Positions 54,172 through 64,000 of a DNA stretch of 64,000 nt are shown piece by piece. A model generated the notes under the pieces. The model was not told the origin of the DNA. It saw only the letters and a program-made list of their open reading frames with translations, and did no database searches. The stretch is from the NCBI GenBank assembly GCA_964016885.1, contig OZ024744.1, positions 30,442,001 to 30,506,000 of the forward strand, written 5' to 3'. The stretch is from Eledone cirrhosa. Taxonomy: Eukaryota. Positions within the stretch are counted from its first letter, which is position 1. Each line of letters starts with the position of its first letter. The position numbers and the translations under genes are program-made.

Positions 54172-54545
54172 ATATATTAGTAAAAGGAAAAGAAAATGCT
54201 GACAAATTGTTCCCAGTGAAAAAATAGTTTAATTAGGAATGAGTATAACTTAGTAATAGTATTTGTTAGTATTCAGTTTTAGTTTTAATTTTTACAGGTT
54301 GCGCATTTCTAGTGCTTTTAAAAAATAATTTTGAGATAGAGCGCTCGTGATTAGATTAGAGCAAACATCACGGGCGCTCTATCTCAAAATTATTTTTGAA
54401 AAGCACTAGAAATGCGCAACCTGTAAAAATTAAAACTAAAACTGAATACTAACCAATACTATTACTAAGTTATACTCATTCCTAATTAAACTATTTTTCA
54501 ATGGGAAACATTTGTCAGCATTTTCTTTTCCTTTTACTAATATAT
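54172..54545. repeat. Long inverted repeat (foldback): arms 54172-54351 and 54367-54545, 15-nt spacer; possible MITE or inverted retroelement terminus
   Basis: Left arm ATATATTAGTAAAAGGAAAAGAAAATGCTGACAAA...GAGATAGAGCGCTCGTGAT is the reverse complement of right arm ATCACGGGCGCTCTATCTC...TTTGTCAGCATTTTCTTTTCCTTTTACTAATATAT, with about 6 substitutions and 1 indel by manual comparison. Spacer is TAGATTAGAGCAAAC. Confidence 0.93.
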
Positions 54546-54637
54546 ATATATATACGTTATTCCGGGTGGAATCGGAGGTAACCACAGTAAGTAAGGTACT
54601 CAATACATTGCAGAGTATAAAAGTTTTAATATAGATG

Positions 54638-54688
54638 AGATTCTACAGGACTAGAACTGTTTCATTCTTTAGAAATCATCAGGAATCT
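54638..54688 (-). ncRNA. Predicted type I hammerhead ribozyme motif, single inverted copy
   Basis: Reverse complement reads AGATTC-CTGATGA-TTTCTAAAGAAT-GAAA-CAG-TTCTAGTC-CTG-TA-GAATCT, identical to the array consensus. Confidence 0.75.
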
Positions 54689-54741
54689 GGGTATCAAAAA
54701 ATTTTAATATATTAAAGTTTTTTAATATATTAAAATTTTTT

Positions 54742-57700
54742 GATACCCAGATTCCTGATGATTTCTAAAGAATGAAACAGTTCTAGTCCTGTAGAATCTC
54801 ATATATATCAACATTTTTTCGTACCCAGATTCCCGATGATTTCTAAAGAATGAAACAGTTCTAGTCCTTGAGAATCACATCTATATAAAATGTTTAGATA
54901 GCCAGATTCCTGATGAATTCTAAAGAATGAAACAGTTCTAGTCCTGTAGAATCTCATCTATATTAACATTTTTTCATACCCAGATTCCTGATGATTTCTA
55001 AAGAATGAAACAGTTCTAGTCCTGTAGAATCTCATCTATATTAAAAAATGTTGACACCCAGATTCCTGATGATTTCTAAAGAATGAAACAGTTCAAGTCC
55101 TGTAGAATCTCATCTATATTAACATTTTTTGATACCCAGATTCCTGATGATTTCTAAAGAATGAAACAGTTCTAGTCCTGTAGAATCTCATCTATATTAA
55201 AATTCTTTGATACCCAGATTCCTGATCATATCTAAAGAATGAAACAGTTCTAGTCCTGTAGAAACTCATCTATATTAACATTTTTTGACACCCAGATTCC
55301 TGATGATTTCTAAAGAATGAAACAGTTCTAGTCCTGTAGAAACTCATCTATATTAACATTTTTTGACACCCAGATTCCTGATAATTTCTAAAGAATGAAA
55401 CAGTTCTAGTCCTGTAGAATCACATCTATATAAAAAATTTTGATACCCAGATTCCTGATGATTTTTAAAGAATGAAACAGTTCTAGTCCTGTAGAATCTC
55501 ATATATATTAACATTTTTTGATACCCAGATTCTTGATGATTTCTAAAGAATGAAACAGTTCTAGTCCTGTAGAATCTCATCTATATTAAAAATGTTTGAT
55601 ACCCAGATTCCTGATGATTTCTAAAGAATGAAACAGTTCTAGTCCTGTAGAATCTCATCTATATTGAAAATTTTGATACCCGGGTTCCTGATGATTTCTC
55701 AAGAATGAAACAGTTCTAGTCCTGTAGAATCTCATCTATATAAAAAATGTTTGATACCCAGATTGCTGATGATTTCTAAAGAATGAAACAGTTCTAGTCC
55801 TGTAGAATCTCATCTATATTAAAAAATTTTGATGCCCAGATTCCTGATGATTTCTAAAGAATGAAACAGTTCTAGTGCTGTAGAATCTCATCTATATTAA
55901 AATTCTTTGATACCCAGATTCCTGATGATTTCTAAAGAATGAAACAGTTCTAGTCCCGTAGAATCTCATCTATATTAAAAATTTTTGATACCCAGATTCC
56001 TGATGATTTCTAAAGAATGAAACAGTTCTAGTCCTGTAGAATCTCATCTATATTAAAATTCTTTGATACCCCCCAGATTCCTGATGATTTCTAAAGAATG
56101 AAACAGTTCTGGTCCTGTAGAATCTCATCTATATAAACATTTTTTGATACCCAGATTCCTGATGATTTCTAAAGAATGAAACAGTTCTAGTCCTGCAGAA
56201 TATCATCTATATTAACGTTTTTTGATAACCAGATTCCTGATGATTTCTAAAGAATGAAACAGTTCTAGTCCTGTAGAATCTCATCTATATTAACATTTTT
56301 TGATAACCAGATTCCTGATGATTTCTAAACAATGAAACAGTTCAAGTCCTGTAGAATCTCATCTATATTAACATTTTTTTATACCCAGATTCCTGATGAT
56401 TTCTAAAGAATGAAACAGTTCTGGTCCTGTAGAATCTCATCTATATAAACATTTTTTGATACCCTGATTCCTGATGATTTCTAAAGAATGAAACAGTTCT
56501 AGTCCTGCAGAATATCATCTATATTAACATTTTTGATACCCAGATTCCTGATGATTTCTAAAGAATGAAACAGTTCAAGTCCTGTAGAATCTCATCTATA
56601 TTAACATTTTTGATACCCAGATTCCTGATGATTTCTAAACAATGAAATAGTTCTAGTCCTGTAGAATCTCCTCTATATTAATATTTTTTGATACCCAGAT
56701 TCCTGATGATTCCTAAAGAATGAAACAGTTCTAGTCCTGTAGAATCACATCTATATAAAAAAATTTTGATACCCAGATTCCTGATGATTTCTAAAGAATG
56801 AGACAGTTCTAGTCCAGTAGAATCTCATCTATATTAAAATTTTTTAATATCCAGATTCCTGATGATTTCGAAAGAATGAAACAGTTCTAGTCCTGTAGAA
56901 TCTCATCTATATTAAACATTTTTTGATACCCAGATTCCTGATGATTTCTAAAGAATGAAAGAGTTGTAGTCCTGCTGAATCTCATCTATATTAAAAGTTT
57001 TTGATACTCAGATTCCTGATGATTTCTAAAGAATCAAACAGTTCTAGTCCTGCAGAATCTCATCTATATTAAAAATGTTTGATACCCAGATTGCTGATGA
57101 TTTCTAAAGAATGAAACAGTTCTAGTCCTGTAGAATCTCATCTATATTAAAATTTTTTGCTACCCAGATTCCTGATGATTTCTAAAGAATGAAACAGTTC
57201 TAGTCCAGTAGAATCTCATCTATATTAAACATTTTTGATACCCAGATTCCTGATGATTTCTAAAGAATGAAACAGTTCTAGTCCTGTAGAATCTCATCTA
57301 TATTAAAATTTGTTGATACCCCCCAGATTCCTGATGATTTCTAAAGAACGAAACAGTTCTAGTCCTGTAGAATCTCATCTTTATAAACATTTTTTGATAC
57401 CCAGATTCCTGATGATTTCTAAAGAATGAAACAGTTCTAGTCCTGTAGAATGTCATCTATATTAAAATTTTTGATACCCAGATTCCTGATGATTTCTAAA
57501 GAATGAAACAGTTCTAGTCCTGTAGAATCTCATCTATATTAACATTTTTTGACACCCAGGTTCCTGATAATTTCTAAAGAATGAAACAGTTCAAGTCCTG
57601 TAGAATCTCATCTATATTAACATTTTTGATACCCAGATTCCTGATGATTTCTAAAGAATGAAACAGTTTAAGTCCTGTAGAATCTCATCTATATTAACAT

Positions 57701-60700
57701 TTTTTGATACCCAGATTCCTGATGATTTCTAAAGAATGAAACAGTTCTAGTCCTGTAGAATCTCATCTATATTAATATTTTTTGATACCCTGATTCCTGA
57801 TGATTTCTAAAGAATGAAACAGTTCTAGTCCTGCAGAATATCATCTATATTAACGTTTTTTGATAACCAGATTCCTGATGATTTCTAAAGAATGAAACAG
57901 TTCTAGTCCTGTAGAATCTCATCTATATTAACATTTTTGATACCCAGATTCCTGATGATTTCTAAACAATGAAACAGTTCTAGTCCTGTAGAATCTCATC
58001 TATATTAATATTTTTTGATACCCAGATACCTGATGATTCCTAAAGAATGAAACTGTTCTAGTCCTGTAGAATCACATCTATATTAAAAATGTTTGATACC
58101 CAGATTGCTTATGATTTCTAAAGAATGAAACAGTTCTAGTCCTGTAGAATCTCATCTATATTAAAATTTTTTGCTACCCAGATTCCTGATGATTTCTAAA
58201 GAATGAAACAGTTCTAGTCCTGTAGAAACTCATCTATATTAAAATTTTTTGATACCCCACAGATTCCTGATGATTTCTAAAGAACGAAACAGTTCTAGTC
58301 ATGTAGAATCTCATCTTTATAAACATTTTTTGATACCCAGATTCCTGATGATTTCTAAAGAATGAAACAGTTCTAGTCCTGTAGAATGTCATCTATATTA
58401 AAATTTTTGATACCCAGATTCCTGATGATTTCTAAAGAATGAAACAGTTCTAGTCCTGTAGAATCTCATCTATATTAAAATTTTTGATACCCAGATTCCT
58501 GATGATTTCTAAAGAATGAAACAGTTCTAGTCCTGTAGAACCTCATCTATATTAAAATTTTTTGATACCCACATTCCTGATGATTTCTAAAGAATGAAAC
58601 AGTTCTAGTCCTGTAGAATCTCATCTATATTAACATTTTTTGATACCCAGATTCCTGATGATTTCTAAAGATTGAAACAGTTATAGTCCTTTAGAATCTC
58701 ATCTCTATTAACATTTTTTGATACCCAGATTCCTGATGATTTCTAAAGAATGAAACAGTTCTAGTCTTGTAGAATATCATCTATATTAACATTTTCTGAT
58801 ACCCAGATTCCTGATGATTTCTAAAGAATGAAACAGTTCTAGTCCTGTAGAATCTCATCTATATTAACATTTTTTGATACGCAGATCCCTGATGATTTCT
58901 AAAGAATGAAACAGTTCTAGTCCTGTAGAATCTCATCTATATTAACATTTTTTGACAGCCACGTTCCTGATAATTTCTAAAGAATGAAACAGTTCTAGTC
59001 CTGTAGAATCTCATCTATATTAACATTTTTTCATACCCAGATTCCTGATGATTTCTAAAGAATGAAACAGTTCTAGTCCTGTAGAATCTCATCTATATTA
59101 AAAAATGTTGACACCCAGATTCCTGATGATTTCTAAAGAATGAAACAGTTCAAGTCCTGTAGAATCTCATCTATATTAACATTTTTTGATACCCAGATTC
59201 CTGATGATTTCTAAAGAATGAAACAGTTCTAGTCCTGTAGAATCTCATCTATATTAAAATTCTTTGATACCCAGATTCCTGATCATATCTAAAGAATGAA
59301 ACAGTTCTAGTCCTGTAGAAACTCATCTATATTAACATTTTTTGACACCCAGATTCCTGATGATTTCTAAAGAATGAAACAGTTCTAGTCCTGTAGAAAC
59401 TCATCTATATTAACATTTTTTGACACCCAGATTCCTGATAATTTCTAAAGAATGAAACAGTTCTAGTCCTGTAGAATCACATCTATATAAAAAATTTTGA
59501 TACCCAGATTCCTGATGATTTTTAAAGAATGAAACAGTTCTAGTCCTGTAGAATCTCATATATATTAACATTTTTTGATACCCAGATTCTTGATGAATTC
59601 TAAAGAATGAAACAGTTCTAGTCCTGTAGAATCTCATCTATATTAAAAATGTTTCATACCCAGATTCCTGATGATTTCTAAAGAATGAAACAGTTCTAGT
59701 CCTGTAGAATCTCATCTATATTGAAAATTTTGATACCCGGGTTCTGATGATTTCTAAAGAATGAAACAGTTCTAGTCCTGTAGAATCTCATCTATATAAA
59801 AAATGTTTGATACCCAGATTGCTGATGATTTCTAAAGAATGAAACAGTTCTAGTCCTGTAGAATCTCATCTATATTAAAAAATTTTGATGCCCAGATTCC
59901 TGATGATTTCTAAAGAATGAAACAGTTCTAGTGCTGTAGAATCTCATCTATAATAAAATTCTTTGATACCCAGATTCCTGATGATTTCTAAAGAATGAAA
60001 CAGTTCTAGTCCCGTAGAATCTCATCTATATTAAAAAATTTTGATACCCAGATTCCTGATGATTTCTAAAGAATGAAACAGTTCTAGTCCTGTAGAATCT
60101 CATCTATATTAAAATTCTTTGATACCCCCCAGATTCCTGATGATTTCTAAAGAATGAAACAGTTCTGGTCCTGTAGAATCTCATCTATATAAACATTTTT
60201 TGATACCCAGATTCCTGATGATTTCTAAAGAATGAAACAGTTCTAGTCCTGCAGAATATCATCTATATTAACGTTTTTTGATAACCAGATTCCTGATGAT
60301 TTCTAAAGAATGAAACAGTTCTAGTCCTGTAGAATCTCATCTATATTAACATTTTTGATACCCAGATTCCTGATGATTTCTAAACAATGAAACAGTTCTA
60401 GTCCTGCAGAATATCATCTATATTAACATTTTTTTATACCCAGATTCCTGATGATTTCTAAAGAATGAAACAGTTCTGGTCCTGTAGAATCTCATCTATA
60501 TAAACATTTTTTGATACCCTGATTCCTGATGATTTCTAAATAATGAAACAGTTCTAGTCCTGCAGAATATCATCTATATTAACGTTTTTTGATACCCAGA
60601 TTCCTGATGATTTCTAAAGAATGAAACAGTTCAAGTCCTGTAGAATCTCATCTATATTAACATTTTTGATACCCAGATTCCTGATGATTTCTAAACAATG

Positions 60701-63700
60701 AAATAGTTCTAGTCCTGTAGAATCTCCTCTATATTAATATTTTTTGATACCCAGATTCCTGATGATTCCTAAAGAATGAAACAGTTCTAGTCCTGTAGAA
60801 TCACATCTATATAAAAAAATTTTGATACCCAGATTCCTGATGATTTCTAAAGAATGAGACAGTTCTAGTCCAGTAGAATCTCATCTATATTAAACATTTT
60901 TTGATACCCAGATTCCTGATGATTTCTAAAGAATGAAAGAGTTGTAGTCCTGCTGAATCTCATCTATATTAAAAGTTTTTGATACTCAGATTCCTGATGA
61001 TTTCTAAAGAATCAAACAGTTCTAGTCCTGCAGAATCTCATCTATATTAAAAATGTTTGATACCCAGATTGCTGATGATTTCTAAAGAATGAAACAGTTC
61101 TAGTCCTGTAGAATCTCATCTATATTAAAATTTTTTGCTACCCAGATTCCTGATGATTTCTAAAGAATGAAACAGTTCTAGTCCAGTAGAATCTCATCTA
61201 TATTAACATTTTTTGACAGCCACGTTCCTGATAATTTCTAAAGAATGAAACAGTTCTAGTCCTGTAGAATCTCATCTATATTAACATTTTTTCATACCCA
61301 GATTCCTGATGATTTCTAAAGAATGAAACAGTTCTAGTCCTGTAGAATCTCATCTATATTAAAAAATGTTGACACCCAGATTCCTGATGATTTCTAAAGA
61401 ATGAAACAGTTCAAGTCCTGTAGAATCTCATCTATATTAACATTTTTTGATACCCAGATTCCTGATGATTTCTAAAGAATGAAACAGTTCTAGTCCTGTA
61501 GAATCTCATCTATATTAAAATTCTTTGATACCCAGATTCCTGATCATATCTAAAGAATGAAACAGTTCTAGTCCTGTAGAAACTCATCTATATTAACATT
61601 TTTTGACACCCAGATTCCTGATGATTTCTAAAGAATGAAACAGTTCTAGTCCTGTAGAAACTCATCTATATTAACATTTTTTGACACCCAGATTCCTGAT
61701 AATTTCTAAAGAATGAAACAGTTCTAGTCCTGTAGAATCACATCTATATAAAAAATTTTGATACCCAGATTCCTGATGATTTTTAAAGAATGAAACAGTT
61801 CTAGTCCTGTAGAATCTCATATATATTAACATTTTTTGATACCCAGATTCTTGATGATTTCTAAAGAATGAAACAGTTCTAGTCCTGTAGAATCTCATCT
61901 ATATTAAAAATGTTTCATACCCAGATTCCTGATGATTTCTAAAGAATGAAACAGTTCTAGTCCTGTAGAATCTCATCTATATTAAAAAATTTTGATGCCC
62001 AGATTCCTGATGATTTCTAAAGAATGAAACAGTTCTAGTGCTGTAGAATCTCATCTATATTAAAATTCTTTGATACCCAGATTCCTGATGATTTCTAAAG
62101 AATGAAACAGTTCTAGTCCCGTAGAATCTCATCTATATTAAAAATTTTTGATACCCAGATTCCTGATGATTTCTAAAGAATGAAACAGTTCTAGTCCTGT
62201 AGAATCTCATCTATATTAAAATTCTTTGATACCCCCCAGATTCCTGATGATTTCTAAAGAATGAAACAGTTCTGGTCCTGTAGAATCTCATCTATATAAA
62301 CATTTTTTGATACCCAGATTCCTGATGATTTCTAAAGAATGAAACAGTTCTAGTCCTGCAGAATATCATCTATATTAACGTTTTTTGATAACCAGATTCC
62401 TGATGATTTCTAAAGAATGAAACAGTTCTAGTCCTGTAGAATCTCATCTATATCAACATTTTTGATACCCAGATTCCTGATGATTTCTAAACAATGAAAC
62501 AGTTCAAGTCTTGTAGAATCTCATCTATATTAACATTTTTTGATACCCTGATTCCTGATGATTTCTAAAGAATGAAACAGTTCTAGTCCTGCAGAATATC
62601 ATCTATATTAACGTTTTTTGATACCCAGATTCCTGATGATTTCTAAAGAATGAAACAGTTCAAGTCCTGTAGAATCTCATCTATATTAACATTTTTGATA
62701 CCCAGATTCCTGATGATTTCTAAACAATGAAATAGTTCTAGTCCTGTAGAATCTCCTCTATATTAATATTTTTTGATACCCAGATTCCTGATGATTCCTA
62801 AAGAATGAAACAGTTCTAGTCCTGTAGAATCACATCTATATAAAAAAATGTTGATACCCAGATTCCTGATGATTTCTAAAGAATGAGACAGTTCTAGTCC
62901 AGTAGAATCTCATCTATATTAAACATTTTTTGATACCCAGATTCCTGATGATTTCTAAAGAATGAAACAGTTGTAGTCCTGCTGAATCTCATCTATATTA
63001 AAAGTTTTTGATACTCAGATTCCTGATGATTTCTAAAGAATCAAACAGTTCTAGTCCTGCAGAATCTCATCTATATAAAAAATGTTTGATACCCAGATTG
63101 CTGATGATTTCTAAAGAATGAAACAGTTCTAGTCCTGTAGAATCTCATCTATATTAAAATTTTTTGCTACCCAGATTCCTGATGATTTCTAAAGAATGAA
63201 ACAGTTCTAGTCCAGTAGAATCTCATCTATATTAAACATTTTTGATACCCAGATTCCTGATGATTTCTAAAGAATGAAACAGTTCTAGTCCTGTTAAATC
63301 TCATCTATATTAAAATTTGTTGATACCCCCCAGATTCCTGATGATTTCTAAAGAACGAAACAGTTCTAGTCCTGTAGAATCTCATCTTTATAAACATTTT
63401 TTGATACCCAGATTCCTGATGATTTCTAAAGAATGAAACAGTTCTAGTCCTGTAGAATGTCATCTATATTAAAATTTTTGATACCCAGATTCCTGATGAT
63501 TTCTAAAGAATGAAACAGTTCTAGTCCTGTAGAATCTCATCTATATTAACATTTTTTGACACCCAGGTTCCTGATAATTTCTAAAGAATGAAACAGTTCA
63601 AGTCCTGTAGAATCTCATCTATATTAACATTTTTGATACCCAGATTCCTGATGATTTCTAAAGAATGAAACAGTTTAAGTCCTGTAGAATCTCATCTATA

Positions 63701-64000
63701 TTAATATTTTTTGATACCCAGATTCCTGATGATTTCTAAAGAATGAAACAGTTCTAGTCCTGTAGAATCTCATCTATATTAATATTTTTTGATACCCTGA
63801 TTCCTGATGATTTCTAAAGAATGAAACAGTTCTAGTCCTGCAGAATATCATCTATATTAACGTTTTTTGATAACCAGATTCCTGATGATTTCTAAAGAAT
63901 GAAACAGTTCTAGTCCTGTAGAATCTCATCTATATTAACATTTTTGATACCCAGATTCCTGATGATTTCTAAACAATGAAACAGTTCTAGTCCTGTAGAA
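54742..64000 (+). repeat. 78-bp AT-rich tandem array of hammerhead-motif monomers, ~119 copies, continues past window end
   Basis: Consensus GATACCCAGATTCCTGATGATTTCTAAAGAATGAAACAGTTCTAGTCCTGTAGAATCTCATCTATATTAACATTTTTT (78 nt; e.g. 55131 to 55209). 77-81-bp variants come from the T-run and C-run. Confidence 0.97.
54749..54799 (+). ncRNA. Predicted type I hammerhead ribozyme motif (first of ~119 tandem copies); predicted cleavage after A54793
   Basis: Stem I AGATTC 54749-54754 pairs with GAATCT 54794-54799. Core CTGATGA 54755-54761. Stem II TTC/GAA with loop TAAA and a T-T mismatch at its base (54762-54773). GAAA 54774-54777. Stem III ACAG 54777-54780 pairs with CTGT 54789-54792, loop TTCTAGTC. 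NUH triplet GTA 54791-54793. Confidence 0.8.

Larger units (their letters stand above)
54626..54811. repeat. Palindrome formed by one inverted 78-bp monomer facing the first forward monomer
   Basis: Arms 54626-54716 and 54721-54811 are reverse complements (2 mismatches) around a 4-nt centre, GTTT. Confidence 0.93.

Noticed and set aside
53616-54205. Short ORFs 53616-53819 (+) and 53969-54205 (-)
   Set aside because: Both are short with non-ATG starts and no recognisable similarity. The second is a translated (TA)n tract.
55353-61898. 75-aa minus-strand ORFs (MRFYRTRTVSFF...) at 55353, 59410 and 61671
   Set aside because: These are 26-aa periodic antisense translations of the 78-bp repeat, broken by frequent indels and stops in neighbouring units.
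1-64000. CRISPR array interpretation of the regular repeats
   Set aside because: There are no unique spacers, since whole units repeat. No cas genes are present and the context looks eukaryotic.
54172-64000. Calling an autonomous Penelope-like retroelement or naming the host species
   Set aside because: No reverse transcriptase or GIY-YIG coding sequence is in the window, so the link to Penelope or retrozymes is only inferred from the ribozyme type and the inversion. Nothing here identifies the organism reliably.

Overview
Eukaryotic-looking, almost entirely tandem-repeat DNA with no credible protein-coding gene; the long ORFs are translations of repeats. Layout: (1) 1-34240, ~430 copies of a purine-skewed 80-bp satellite with nested higher-order duplications (10,690 / 3,356 / 1,668 bp and others); (2) 34241-53389, ~1,060 copies of an 18-bp minisatellite (TGATAGACTGTGGCCTTC) with 3.1-3.5 kb and ~6.6 kb higher-order periods, fused directly to array 1; (3) a short AT-rich interval with a (TA)n microsatellite and a ~180-bp-arm foldback palindrome; (4) 54742 to the window end, ~119 copies of a 78-bp repeat. 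Main result: read by eye, nearly every 78-bp monomer folds into a type I hammerhead ribozyme (stem I AGATTC/GAATCT, core CUGAUGA, stem II TTC-TAAA-GAA, GAAA, stem III ACAG/CTGT, cleavage triplet GUA). One inverted copy faces the start of the array head-to-head. This resembles a Penelope-pLTR- or retrozyme-related ribozyme satellite with an unusually small monomer. Transcription and catalytic activity are not shown by the sequence, and the consensus has a U-U mismatch at the base of stem II.
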